In this document: positions 1 to 11,043 of the stretch, in pieces
How positions within the stretch are numbered: the stretch's first letter is position 1
How the letters are laid out: every line of letters starts with the position of its first letter
NCBI RefSeq assembly: GCF_004010195.1
Contig: NC_057711.1
Span: 71,747,711-71,767,710 of the forward strand
DNA from: Chiloscyllium plagiosum
Taxonomy: Eukaryota
Direction of reading: 5' to 3'
DNA: 20,000 nucleotides
The notes under the pieces: model-generated
The model's input: the letters and a program-made list of their open reading frames with translations, nothing else
Database searches by the model: none
Told to the model about the DNA's origin: nothing
Position numbers and translations under genes: made by a program

Positions 1-1235
1 TGCTCTTTGACCATGCACTGGCTAGAAATCACACATTGAGATTTCCTCACACAAAAGTCAGAGACGGTATTTGATGATTCCAGCTCACAGCTTGCTTCTT
101 TGGTCCTCCAGCTTGGACACCAAGTATCAACAGCTCAAGGTTTGCACTATAGACAGAGGCTACAAACAGTCCATGCCTACTGACCTCAGCATCCAACACA
201 TTGCCAACCATTCAGTGCCATTGTGGTCCATTTCCCACCTACATACAGCCTGGTTCCGCATTTCAATGCTGCAGTCAAAGTGCATCAACACTTCTCATTG
301 CTTTGTTGCTGCAAAGGCATTGTGCCCAGGGAACAGGCACCCGGATGATGGATTGGGACCAATCTGCATCTCAGGGCTATTTGTGCATTATCCTATCACG
401 CACTTACCTTGCACCTACTTGAACGCTCACAACATTGTTGCCTTCCACTGCCTTGCCATCCATGCATTTTAGCACAGACGTAAAGCAAGTTTCCCATCTC
501 TATGAAACTGTCACAATCTGTATAGGAAGAGTCTGGATTGCAACTGATAGTCCAGATACAAAGTCCTTTTAAGGGTGTGTCAGTGACAGGATTGACTGTT
601 TATTCTGAGATATCTCAGCAGTGATGAGTACTTCCAATTACGGCGAGTGACAGAATCCATCTAGCATCGCTGAGAGGAGCAGCATAGGTACTGGCTAAAT
701 AGATAAAACAGCGAATTTGGGACAATAACACAAGAAATCTCACTAGGCCTCAGGAAGAGAAATTCTTAAAAAAAACCCAACAGAATGCAGTCAAAATATA
801 AAATATAAGTCTATCATCATCAGGGTATCTATTTCGGACAGTTGGATTGCTTACTTCTGAGTCAAACACATTAAAAAATGATTGGATTGCAACAGAAGTA
901 TTGTTTGTATGCACAGTTCTCTGGTACAATTACTGCTCGTCAAAATATGTTTATTTGTTTTGGTTTCCCTGAAGCCTCTAATCTTAATTATCTTCACCAG
1001 TAAGATATTCTCTGTGGCATGAGATCAATCACTTACTGCATCTCTGTACTCTCACTTCCTCTGAATCATATCTGTATCTGTCAGGAGAGACCTTTGTTTT
1101 AATTACAAGAAGTAATTTGCTTTGCACATACATTGGTTTTTACAGGACTACACTGGCACAAATTGTCATTGACATGAGCCAGTGTTCCTTTATACTTGTA
1201 TACCACTGAAGGAACGGCATTTGCTCACAAGGGAA

Positions 1236-1385
1236 GTGGATAGACTTTTCTTAGGCAGTCGAATCAGGAGTTATTGGAGGGTGGATGGAAATGCAGAAAC
1301 AAAAACTGATCAGCCATGATCTTATTGAATGGCAGAGCAAGCTGGAGGCGCTGCCTGGTTTGTTTCTGTTCCTATTTCTTATGAA
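1236..1385 (+). mobile_element. CR1-type LINE 3' end fragment (degenerate)
   Basis: Contains 'gatcagccatgatcttattgaatggcagagcaagct...ttcctatttcttatga'. This is the same 3' UTR motif seen at 14339-14412 and 10960-11030. Confidence 0.7.
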
Positions 1386-1639
1386 GTACAACCATGAGCT
1401 CCTTGAATCTCTGCCTTATGGTTGCTTTCATACATTCTCAAAGCTGCAATTGGCTACGAATATTAGGGGAAATCTACCTAAAAATTATGCAAGGAGTAAG
1501 TGAGGACTGCACATGCTGGAGATCAGAGTTGAGAGTGTGGTGCTGGAAAAGCACAGCAGGTCAGGCAGCATCCGAGGAGCAGGAGAATTGAGGTTTCAGG
1601 CATAGGCCCTTCATCAGGAATGAGAAAGTGATTGATCGC

Positions 1640-1675
1640 ATTCCTGATGAAAAGCTTATGCCTGAAATGTCGATT
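1640..1675 (+). ncRNA. Degenerate minimal type-I hammerhead ribozyme motif (inverted partner at ~1586-1620, minus strand)
   Basis: CTGATGA(1644-1650)-a-aagc-ttat-gcct-GAAA(1664-1667)-tGTC. The minus-strand copy reads CTGATGA-a-gggc-ctat-gcct-GAAA-cctc. Helices I and III are weak, so these copies are probably inactive. Confidence 0.55.
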
Positions 1676-1676
1676 T

Positions 1677-1786
1677 GACTAACCAAAAGAGAAAATGCTG
1701 GAAAATCTAAGCAGGTCTGGTAGCATCTATAATGAGAGAAAAGAGCTGATGTTTTGAGTCTAACTGATCCTTTGTCAAAGCCGTTT
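1677..1786 (-). mobile_element. Nested Penelope-like terminal segment of a second family
   Basis: Flanked by the 9-bp duplication tgtcgattt (1668-1676, 1787-1795). The minus strand reads ggct-TTGACAA-aggatcagttagactc-aaaa-catc-agct...gatgctaccagacctgct, similar to the PLE tail at 7597-7625. Confidence 0.8.
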
Positions 1787-2260
1787 TGTCGATTTCCCTG
1801 CTCCTTGGATGCTACCTGACCTGCTGTGCTTTTCCAACACCACACTCGAAACTAAAAATTATGCAAATCTTCTAAGATTTTGGCACCAAGTATCTTCAGC
1901 CCATCCAGCATATTCCCAAACCTCCAGCAGGATATGACAAAAGGGCCACAAATTAGGCCAGACATCATCCATAGTAATGCTCATGTTCATTATAGGCGAT
2001 TAGCAGGTAACCTACTTTTGCCAGCATATTTCGAACGCACATAATACACTAGCATTACCCTTAGCATTACCAAATATTCCATTCTAAATGTTATTAAATG
2101 TTTGAATCCTAGCTATTCATTATTGAAGTGATAGAGTCATAGAGATGTACAGCATGGAAACAGACACTTCGGTCCAACCCGTCCATGCCGACCAGATATC
2201 GCTACCCAATCTAGTCCCACCTTCCAGCACCCGGCACATATCCCTCCAAACCCTTCCTAT

Positions 2261-4995
2261 TCATATACCCATCCAAATGCCTCTTAAATGTTGCAATTGT
2301 ACCAGCCTCCACCACTTCCTCTGGCAGCTCATTCCATATACGTACCACCCCTGCATGAAAACGTTGCACCTTAGGTTTCTTTTATACCTTTCCCCTCTCA
2401 CCTTAAACCTATGCCCTCTAGTTCTGGCCTCCCCCACCTCAGGGAAAAGACTTTGTCTATTTAACCTATCCATGCCCCTCATAATTTTGTAAACCTCTAT
2501 AAGGTCACCCCTCAGCCTCCGACGCTCCAGGGAAAACAGCCCCAGCCTGTTCAGCCTATCCCTGTAGCTCAGATCCTCCAGCCCTGGCAACATCCTTGTA
2601 AATCTTTTGTGAACCCTTTCAAGTTTCACAACATCTTTCCGATAGGAAGGAGACCAGAATTGCACGCAATATTCCAACAGTTGCCGAACCAATGTCCTGT
2701 ACAGCCGCAACATGACGTCCTTACTCCTGTACTCAATACACTGGCCAAGAAAAGAAAGCATACCAAACGCCTTCTTCACTATCCTATCTGCCTGTGATGC
2801 CACTTTCAAGGAGCTATGAACCTGCACTCCAAGGTCTCTTTGTTCAGCAACATTCTCCAGGACCTTACCATTAAGTGTATAAGTCCTGCTAAAATTTACT
2901 TTCCCAAAATACAGCACCTCGCATTTATCTGAATTAAACTCCAACTGCCACATCTCAGCCCATTGGCCCATCTGATTAAGATCCTGTTGTAATCTAAGAT
3001 AACCTTCTTCGCTGTCCACTACACCTCCAATTTGGTGTCATCTGCAAACTTACTAACTGTACCTCTTATGCTCACATCCAAATCATTTATGGAAATAACA
3101 AAAATTAGAGGACCCAGCACCGATCCTTGTGGCGCTCCAGTCTGAAAAACAACCCTCCACCACCACCCTCTGTCTTCTACCTTTGAGCCAGTTCTGTATC
3201 CAAATGGCTAGTTCTCCCTTTATTCAGTGAGATCTAACCTTGCTAATCAGTCTCCCATGAGGAACCTTGTTGAACCCCTTTCTGAAGTACATACAGATCA
3301 CATCTACCACTCTGCCCTCATCAATCCTCTTTGTTACTTCTTCAAAAAACTCAATCAAGTTTGTAAGACATGATTTTCCATGCACAAAGCCATGTTGACT
3401 ATCCGTAATCAGTCCTTGCCTTTCCAAATACATGTGTATCCTGTCCCTCAGGATTCCCTCCAACAACTTGCCCACCACTGACATCAGGTTCACTGGTCTG
3501 TAGTTCCCTGGCTTGTCCTTACCACCCTTCTTATAGAGTGGCACCACCTTAGCCAACCTCCAGTCTTCCGAAACCTCACCTGTGACTATCGATGATACAA
3601 ATATCTCAGCAAGAGGCCCAGCAATCACTTCCCTAGCTTCCCACAGAGTTCTTGGGTATACCTGATCAGGCCCTGGGGATTTATCCACCTTTATGTGTTT
3701 CAAGACATCCAACACTTCCTCCACTGCAATATGTTCATTTTGCAAGATGTCACCGTCTATTTCCCTACATTCTATATCTTCCATATTCTTTTCCACAGTA
3801 AATACTGATGCAAAATACTCATTTCGTATTTCCCCCATTTTCTGTGGCTCCACACAAAGGCCGCCTTGCTGATCTTTGAGGGGCCCTATTCTCTCCCTCG
3901 TTATCCTTTTGTCCTTAATGTATTTGTTAAAGCCCTTTGGATTCTCCTTATTTCTATTTGCCAAAGCTATTTCATGTCCCCTTTTCGCCCTCCTGATTTC
4001 CCTCTTAAGTATACTCCTACTGCCTTAATACTTTTCTAAGGATTCACTCGATCTATCCTGTCTATACCTTACATATACTTCCTTTTTTTTAACCAAACCC
4101 TCAATTTCTTTAGTCATCCAGCATTCCCTATACCTACCAGCCTTTCTTTTCACCCTAACAGGATAATACTTTCTCTGGATTCTCATTATCTCATTTCTGA
4201 AGGCTTCCCATTTTCCAGCCGTCCCTTTACCTGCAGACATCTGCCCCCAATCAGCTTTTGAAAGTTCTTGCCTAACACCATCAAAATTGGCCTTTCTCCA
4301 GTTTAGAACTTCAACTTTTAGATCTGGTCTATCCTTTTCCATCATTATTTTAAATCTAACAGAATTATGGTCACTGACCCCAAAATGCTCCCCCACTGAC
4401 ACCTCAGTCACCTGCCCTGCCTTATTTCCAAAGAATAAGAGACGTTTTGCACTTTCTCTAGTAGGTACATCCACACACTGAAGCAGAAAATTTTCTTGGA
4501 CACACTGAACAAATTCCTTTCCATCTAAACCCTTAACACTATGGCAGTCCCAGTCTATGTTTGGAAAGTTAAAATCCCCTACCATAACTACCCTATTATT
4601 CTTACAGATAGCTGAGATCTCCTTACAAGTTTGTTTCTCAATTTCTCTCTGACTATTAGGGGTCTATAGTACAATCCCAATAAGGTGATCATCCCTTTCT
4701 TATTTCTCAGTTCCACCGAAATAACTTCCCTGAACGTATTTCCAGGAATATCCTCCCTCAGCACAGCTGTAATGCTATCCCTTATCAAAAACGCCACTCC
4801 CTTCCTCTCTTGCCTCCCTTTCTATCCTTCCTGTTGCATTTGTATCCTGGAACATTAAGCTGCCTGGCCTGCCCATCCCTGAGCCATGTTTCTGTAATTG
4901 CTATGATAGCCCACTCCCATGTTCCTAACCATGCCCTGAGTTCATCTGCCTTCCCTGTTAGGCCCCTTGCATTGAAATAAATGCAGTTTAATTTA
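2261..4995 (-). pseudogene. CR1 ORF2 (APE endonuclease + reverse transcriptase), broken by frameshifts and stops
   Basis: Endonuclease motifs: CIYFNARGL, IAITETWL, GLYYRP, VGDFNFPNIDW, SDHN. RT motifs: [32 protein letters not shown] (~3031-3051). C-terminal motifs: LEYCVQFWSP, RRLRGDLIEVYK. Split over ORFs 4588-4797, 4025-4585, 3224-3964 and 2261-3019. Confidence 0.95.
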
Positions 4996-5104
4996 TTAGT
5001 CCTACCTTGTCCCTGCCTGTTTGATTCACTTCTGTTCTCAACTGTACCAGTATCAGATTGATCTCTTTCCTCACTATCTCCCTGGGTCCCACCACCCCAG
5101 CATA

Positions 5105-6031
5105 CCAGTTTAAATCCTCCCTAACAGCTCTAGCAAATTTCCCTGCCAGTATATTAGTCCCCTTCCAATTCAGGTGCAAACCGTCCTTCTTGTACAGGTC
5201 ACTTCTACCCCAGAAGAGATTCCAATGATCCAAAAATGTGAATCCTTCTCCCATACACCAGCTCCTCAGCCATGCATTCATCTGCTCTATCCTTCTATTC
5301 CTGCCCTCACTTGCACGCCACACCGGGAGTAATCCAGATATTACTACTCTCGAGGACCTCCTTTTTAAGTTCCTGCCTAACTCTCTGTAATCTCGCTTCA
5401 GAATCTCATCCTTTTCCCTTCCTATATCATTGGTTCCAATGTGGACAATGACCTGTTGATGGTCCGTCTCCCCATTGAGAACATTCTGCACCCTCTCTGA
5501 GACATCCTTGATCCTGGCACCAGGGAAGCAACACACCATTCTGGTTTTTCTCTGCTGGCCACAGAAACGTCTGTCTGTACGTCAGACTACAGAATCCCCT
5601 AACACAATTGATCTCTTGGAAGCCGACATACCCCTCATTGCATTAGAGCCAGTCTCAATACCAGAAACTTGGCTGTTCATGCTACGTTCCCCTGTGAATC
5701 CATCACCCCTTACATTTTTCAAAACAGCATACCTGTTTGAAATGGGTATATCCACAAAAGGTTCCTGCACTAGCTGCCTACCTCTCTGACCTTTCCTGAA
5801 GTTAACCCATCTATGTGACTGTATCTGAGACTTTCCCCCCTTCCTATAACTGCCATCCATTACATACCGTTGCTGTTGCAAATTCCTGATTGCTTCTAAC
5901 TGTCAATCCATTCGATCTGATATGATTCACAACCAACAGCATTTATTGTAGATATAATCCGCAGTAACCCTTAAACTCTCTTGAAACTCCCACATCTGAC
6001 AAGAAGCACATATCACTTTACTAAAGGCCAT
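5105..6031 (-). pseudogene. CR1 ORF1 (N-terminal Zn finger/coiled coil + SGNH/GDSL esterase), with in-frame stops
   Basis: ATG at 6031 gives MAFSKVICASCQMWE...YIYNKC, in frame with ORFs 5582-5881 and 4988-5539. SGNH blocks: VLGDS, FPGA, HIGTND, DGLHLN. Premature stops near 5930, 5905 and 5582. The likely original stop after REDLN appears as TGG at 5105-5107 (inference). Confidence 0.9.
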
Positions 6032-7004
6032 TTTTGTTCCTTCACAATCTACAGACCCAGAAAACAACACTGTCTTATTCCTCTACAAAACACTGCCCCA
6101 GGTTAAATTAATAGTTATGTCTTATATTTTAAGTTTAATCAATAGACATATCTCAAAAAACATATCATCAAGAAACAACCCACTCTACTCACTACTGCAG
6201 ACTTTCTGTAGGTCACTTAAAAACAATACACTTATCTGCTTCTGTGCTGTGAACTTTGCCTAAACAGTTCTTCCAAGATCAGTTATGATTTTCACTGTTT
6301 GTTAATTTTCCCAAACGCACTCCGATGTCCGGCGATACATGAATTCAAACAGCAAAGACAGTAACTGTGCAGGTTCACTTCTGTGTCAGTTTCTTTCTCT
6401 ATCTCTCTCTGTCTATCCTCCACTGAGCTCACCACGTGCTTCCTTTGTCTGTTCTTCTCCCTTTTAAAACTGCTGTTGTTTTGATGTTTTTTTCCAAAGT
6501 TCCAAAACAATGCAACAGCATATAAAACAGTCATTGCTGCTCCTCCAATTTGAGGAAATCACCTCCAACGCCTAAAATATCTCAAAAAAGGAGCAGCTGT
6601 TAAAGCCAGAAATTTTTCCCGTCCTTCATCTATGGTAATGAATGTTGCGATAAATGACAGATAATGTGTTATTATTCACCACCCGATGCCACCTACCGCA
6701 AAACAGTCAGAAAGCACAATATGTCACAGGATTTAAAGTGGTGGGCATTCCATATTTTGTCAAAGATCCTGAGGCCTGCAACACCTCATTATGCAGAACA
6801 TTGGTACTTGGATTTGGCCCACAACAGATTGACATCAGCCCTTCATGTTCATCATTGTACACACATCATGCTGTGCAAAAACACCAGCTGAGAGCATTGT
6901 TGTGCAGCACTGGTGCAGCTCACCGTTGAGTTAGACTTGCACAGTGCCGAACCACTCCCATTTGATTGCAATCCTTCAACAACCTGTTTTGTTCGTTATT
7001 TCAG

Positions 7005-7895
7005 AACACATTTCAACTCTGGCAATGCCAGCATTAGTTGCCTGTCCCTTATTTCCCTTGAGCTAAGTGGCTGGCTTGGCCATTTCTGAGGGAAGAGTCA
7101 ACCAAATGATCTGTCCACGGAAATGAGCCTGAGCTTCCCATTGCCCGCCAATTTTACACACGACCATGTTCCTTGGAAAACACCGCTGTCTCAGGTTTAC
7201 TGCAGTACTTCAATGAAACTCAGCATAAACTGAATGAACAGTGACCCATTTGCTGCTTGAGGACCTTGCAATCTTCGGGACTCAAGGTTGAGTTCAACAA
7301 TTTTAGGGCCTGAGCACCTTCTTCCATGTCCCAACCCCACACACTTGGCTTTGTCATCAGAAAGGCTGCTACCACACACTGATCCCCATTAGCAGCTACT
7401 GACTCCTCCAGGCTGATCTTTACTGCTGAACTGTTTTTGTTTCTGTCTGGGCTCCATCTCCATTTATTGTTTACCCTCTCTGCCTCCACCTCTACCCCCA
7501 TCACCCACCTTCAGCATATGTACCAACCTTTTCCCAGCTAAAATTAGTTCTGAAGAAGGGCCACCTGAAATATTAATTTCCTTTTTCTCTCCACAGATGC
7601 TACCAGACCTGCTGGGATTTTCCAACAATTTCAGTTTTTGTTTCCAATTTACAGCATCCACATTTTTTTTTTGCTAAGGAGTCAGCTTTAAGCCAAACCA
7701 GGAACAGACATTCATGAGTATGAAAGGTTTTTAAGCGAACAATGGATAAGAGTTGTCATGGTCTCGTTTTATGTTCCAATTTTATTAATTGAATTTATAT
7801 TGCACTAGCTGTCCTGGTGAGATTTGAACCCATAGCCCCCAGAAAATTAGCTATGTGTCTGGATTAGTCATCCAGTGTCAATGCCACCAAATCCC
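7005..7895 (-). mobile_element. SacSINE1-like tRNA-derived SINE, degenerate, split by a Penelope insertion
   Basis: 7031-7103 matches the reverse complement of the 3' part of the copy at 19082-19421 (gcatt-a/t-ttg...aagagtca). 7672-7895 matches its middle and head (gatttgaaccc B box, tctggatta). Confidence 0.7.
7110..7670 (+). mobile_element. 5'-truncated Penelope-like retroelement: GIY-YIG C-terminus, 3' region and hammerhead-like terminus
   Basis: 7128-7313 translates as PELPIARQFYTRPCSLENTAVSGLLQYFNETQHKLNEQ*PICCLRTLQSSGLKVEFNNFRA*, resembling PLE GIY-YIG ends (PVAxHF...E..I..L.TLxPxGLN). Downstream are agtt-CTGAAGA(7550-7556)...GAAA(7567-7570) and the gatgctaccagacctgctg tail. Confidence 0.8.
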
Positions 7896-8080
7896 TATTG
7901 AAGACACTTTCATTTTATAAACTTTTGTCAACTTTTTTTCATGGAAGGTTGCATTGCTGTTTACATGCATTGGCTTTCCATTATGTGCAAAATTTCTTTA
8001 AAAATGTCCTGCATTTCAACAGCGATGCTGTGCAATAATATTATGATCTTCCCTTCTCTTGCTGGAATGTTTCTACATTT

Positions 8081-8357
8081 CGGTGGCACAATGGTTAGCA
8101 GGGCTGCCTCACAGCTCCAGAGACCCAGGTTCAATTCCCGCCTCAGGCGACTGTGTGGAGTTTGCACATTCTCCCCGTGTCTGCATGGGTTTCCTCCCAC
8201 AATCCAAAAATGTGCAGGTTAGGTGAATTGGCCATGCTAAATTGCCCGTAGTTTTAGGGGAAGGAGTAAATGTAGGGGAATGGGTCTGGGTGGGTTGCGG
8301 GTCGGTGTGGACTTGTTGGGCCGAAGGGCCTGTTTCCACACTGTAAGTAATCTAATC
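8081..8357 (+). mobile_element. HE1-like (V-SINE) tRNA-derived SINE, near complete
   Basis: A box (ggtggcacaatggttagc), B box (ggttcaattcc), V-domain-like tgtggagtttgcacattctccccgtgtctgc, CR1-like tail gggccgaagggcctgtttccacactgta and taatc repeats. Confidence 0.9.
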
Positions 8358-9039
8358 GTTCTTACCTAAAATGTACTGGTGCCTAACATTTTGCTGCAGG
8401 TCATACCTGCCATGATAAAAATGAGTTGTTCAGCTATGCCTTTTTTTGGGTAAGATTGCTATCAATTATGTTCTTCATCTCCTGGTCTGTAAATTGGGCT
8501 TTTAAAATTTGGCAGTCAGCCATCAATACGAAATCTGACACTCTTCCACATAATCCACAGCTGTCTGAACGAAAATTACAGCATTTATACAAATTAACAG
8601 CCAATTTAGGTGATTATGAAGTGTGAAACTAACATTATTACAAGTGAGTTCTTATTGGCTGGCTTTTTGCCTTTCCCACTAAATCCTGTCAGGGAAATCA
8701 TTGTCGGCCTGCATTTTTATAGACAGGTATTTAAAACAAGAAAAAAAATAGCAAGTGAAAGTCTTTCTACCTAAGAGAGCACAAGTGCACAGTTTTAGTG
8801 ATTGCGTACATTAATTTTTCTGGCTGACTTTGTGTAACCAAAAGGAAACCAGCCAATTGGAACTTATCTCTAATAAAGCTGCTTTCACATCGCTCAGGCA
8901 GCTAAACAGGCCTGTAATAAATGAAAATTTCCCCCATCCAGCAACACTTTTGAATGTTGCTTCCACAAAGAATATTGAAAATGCTGATTTGTCCCTCAAG
9001 CTCAGTGCTCGTAGAAGCAAAATCACAGGATTTAAAGAT

Positions 9040-9550
9040 ATCATATTAGACTCACAGAGGCTTTACAGCACAAAAAGGGCCCCTTCGGCCCACTGTATCC
9101 ATATCAGTCATCAAACATCCGTCTATTTTAATCCCACTTTCCAGCATTTGACCCAAAGCCTTGAATGCTGTGGTGTCTCAAGAGTTCATATAAATAGCTC
9201 CTCAGTGTTATGAGGAGCTTCTGTAACTACCACCCTTTCAGGCAGTGAGTTCCAGTTACCTTCTGGGTGACTTTTTAATTCTTCAAATCTCCTCTAAACC
9301 TCTTGCTCCTTACCTTTAAACTGTGCCCCTGGTTGGTGGTGCCTCTTCTAAGGAGAAATGTTTCTTCCTATCTACCCTATTTATGTCCCTCAGAACATTG
9401 TGTACCTCAATCAGATTCCCTCTTCAGCTTTCTCTGCTCGAAGAAAAACGACGCCAGTCTATCTGGGGTCTCTTCAGAGCTAAATCATTCGAGCACAGGC
9501 AACATCCTGTTGAATCGCCTCTTCATCCTCCCTTGTGCAGTCACATCCTC
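9040..9550 (-). mobile_element. CR1-type LINE 3' fragment (degenerate)
   Basis: Tail 'tacagcacaaaaagggccccttcggccca' followed by sequence collinear with 2140-2640. Confidence 0.8.
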
Positions 9551-9552
9551 CA

Positions 9553-9768
9553 GTGGTACAGTGGCTCAGTGGTTAGTGCTGAGCCAGGGACCCGAGTTTA
9601 AATCCAGCCTCTGGCGACTGTCTGTGTGGAGTTTGTACACTCTACCCGTGACTGTGTGGGTTTCTTCCGGGTGCTCCGATTTCCTCCCACAATCCAAAGG
9701 TGTGTAGGTTAGGTGGACTTGCCATGCTAAATTGCCCATAGCATCCAGGGATGTGCAGATTAGGTGGA
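9553..9768 (+). mobile_element. HE1-like SINE, 3'-truncated
   Basis: Aligns by eye with 8081-8250 (ggcgactg..tgtgtggagtttg, tttcctcccacaatccaaa, gccatgctaaattgccc). Confidence 0.85.
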
Positions 9769-9879
9769 AACCTAAGTGCAAAAGACATCTGAAGCTGTTT
9801 GGGTAATTTTTAATCCAATTGGGGTCTATAATCTGACCTTAACTAGAATATCTCAACCATGGTGTTTAAGAAGGCAGAG

Positions 9880-9970
9880 AATATAAGAACAGAGAGGCAG
9901 TGCTACAGCTACATAAAACCGTTGTTAGGTGGTGGCTGGAGTGCAGCATACAGTTTGGATCTTCTTTTAT
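9880..9970 (+). mobile_element. Short CR1 ORF2 fragment
   Basis: Translates as YKNREAVLQLHKTVVRWWLECSIQFGS, similar to YRSKDVMLRLYRTLVRQLLEYCVQFWS in the long copy. Confidence 0.65.
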
Positions 9971-10479
9971 GTCAGTTCCTTGAGGATGACTTGCTTCCAT
10001 TCTGTTTTGTTCGGTTCCTAAAGAGGTGATAAATTCAATGTGTTCTGCAGGTTCTTTCATCATCAGGCTAGATGATGCTTGAGGGTCAGATGGATAGAAA
10101 GGATAGATTCACCCCATTGCAACTATCAAATCGGGCTTTGCAAAACTCGCAAGAAGTTCAGTTATTACAAAATTGAACACAGAATGCCAGCTTCCAAAAC
10201 AAGAAGCATCCAAACTCTTACCATGTCAATTGCTACTTTCAGAAGACACTGTATTTGTCAACCTATTGGAATAATCTCAGCTCTCAAAGCCTTCCAACAT
10301 TCTAGAAAGATCAGTGGAGCCATGTGTCATATGTATGATGTTCTCGTGGATAATTTCACCATGTTGGAACACAATGCCAAATGCATGGGATGGATATTAC
10401 CATGGTAATACCATGAAATAATGCCATTACTATTATTACTTTTGAGGGTTTGAGGTGAAGAAATGGACTGGGGAGAGGA

Positions 10480-11035
10480 ACTTAGTGCAATTACAATCAC
10501 AGGGAAGTGGTACTGTGCAAACTGATAGAGGTGTGGCCTATGTGCCCCTGTATCCTGACGAACTTCATGCTAGGGCCACAAGAAGAGGTATCTCTTGAGG
10601 CAGGAGTTAGATAGGTGTTAATTTACAAGGAAAGGTTGGACAGATTGGGCTTGTTTCCATTGGAATTTAAAAGAGTAGTAGACAGGTGCTGAATGAACTT
10701 AACAAAGTGGATTTGGAAATGATATTTCCTCTTGTGGGTGAGTCCAGAAATTGGAGTTCCAATTTTAAAGATTTGGCACTATCCTTTTAGGATGGAGATG
10801 AAGAGAAAGATTTTTTCTCAGAGAATTGGAACTCTCTGTCTCAGAAGGTGGTAAAAACAGGATCGATGAATATTTTAAAACTGAGGTAGATAGATTCTTG
10901 TTAGCCAAGGGAAGTCATTATTATCGGGCAGGAGCTAGGAAATTGGAATTCAAAATACAGACAGACCAGCAGTGATCTTATTGGATGACAGAAGAGGCTC
11001 AAAGGGTCAAATGGCTCACATCTCCTAATTTGTTG
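10480..11035 (+). mobile_element. Degenerate CR1 ORF2 pieces and 3' end
   Basis: 'gaaaggttggacagattgggcttgtttccattggaattt' (ERLDRLGLFPLEF), 'gaggtagatagattcttg' and the 3' UTR motif 'gatcttattggatgacagaag'. Confidence 0.75.
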
Positions 11036-11043
11036 TTTTTTTA

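Larger units (their letters stand above)
1493..1851. mobile_element. Fold-back (inverted) pair of Penelope-like terminal segments with hammerhead-like cores
   Basis: The left arm 1493-1622 is the reverse complement of the right arm 1639-1676 + 1796-1848. The unit is flanked by a perfect 15-bp direct repeat, ctaaaaattatgcaa (1478-1492, 1852-1866). Both arms carry CTGATGA...GAAA cores. Confidence 0.8.
2131..6632 (-). mobile_element. Near full-length CR1-clade (HER1-like) LINE, inactivated
   Basis: 3' tail tctctatgactctat at 2131-2145. Collinear RT, APE endonuclease, SGNH esterase and Zn-finger blocks run up to 6031, followed by a ~600-bp putative 5' UTR. The 5' boundary is approximate. Confidence 0.95.

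Noticed and set aside
71..472. 133-aa ORF as a host gene
   Set aside because: Starts at TTG, has no recognisable domain or clear exon structure, and its composition fits chance non-coding translation.
4988..5539. Domesticated or host SGNH lipase gene
   Set aside because: It is ORF1 of the LINE, directly upstream of ORF2, and is interrupted by stop codons.
2100..6650. Target-site duplication for the long CR1
   Set aside because: No direct repeat was found. The short inverted match (attcatta near 2114 versus taatgaat near 6636) is too short to support anything.
8081..8150. tRNA gene
   Set aside because: A and B boxes are present, but they continue into SINE body and tail with no proper cloverleaf. 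The same applies to the heads at 9553, 14633 and 19082.
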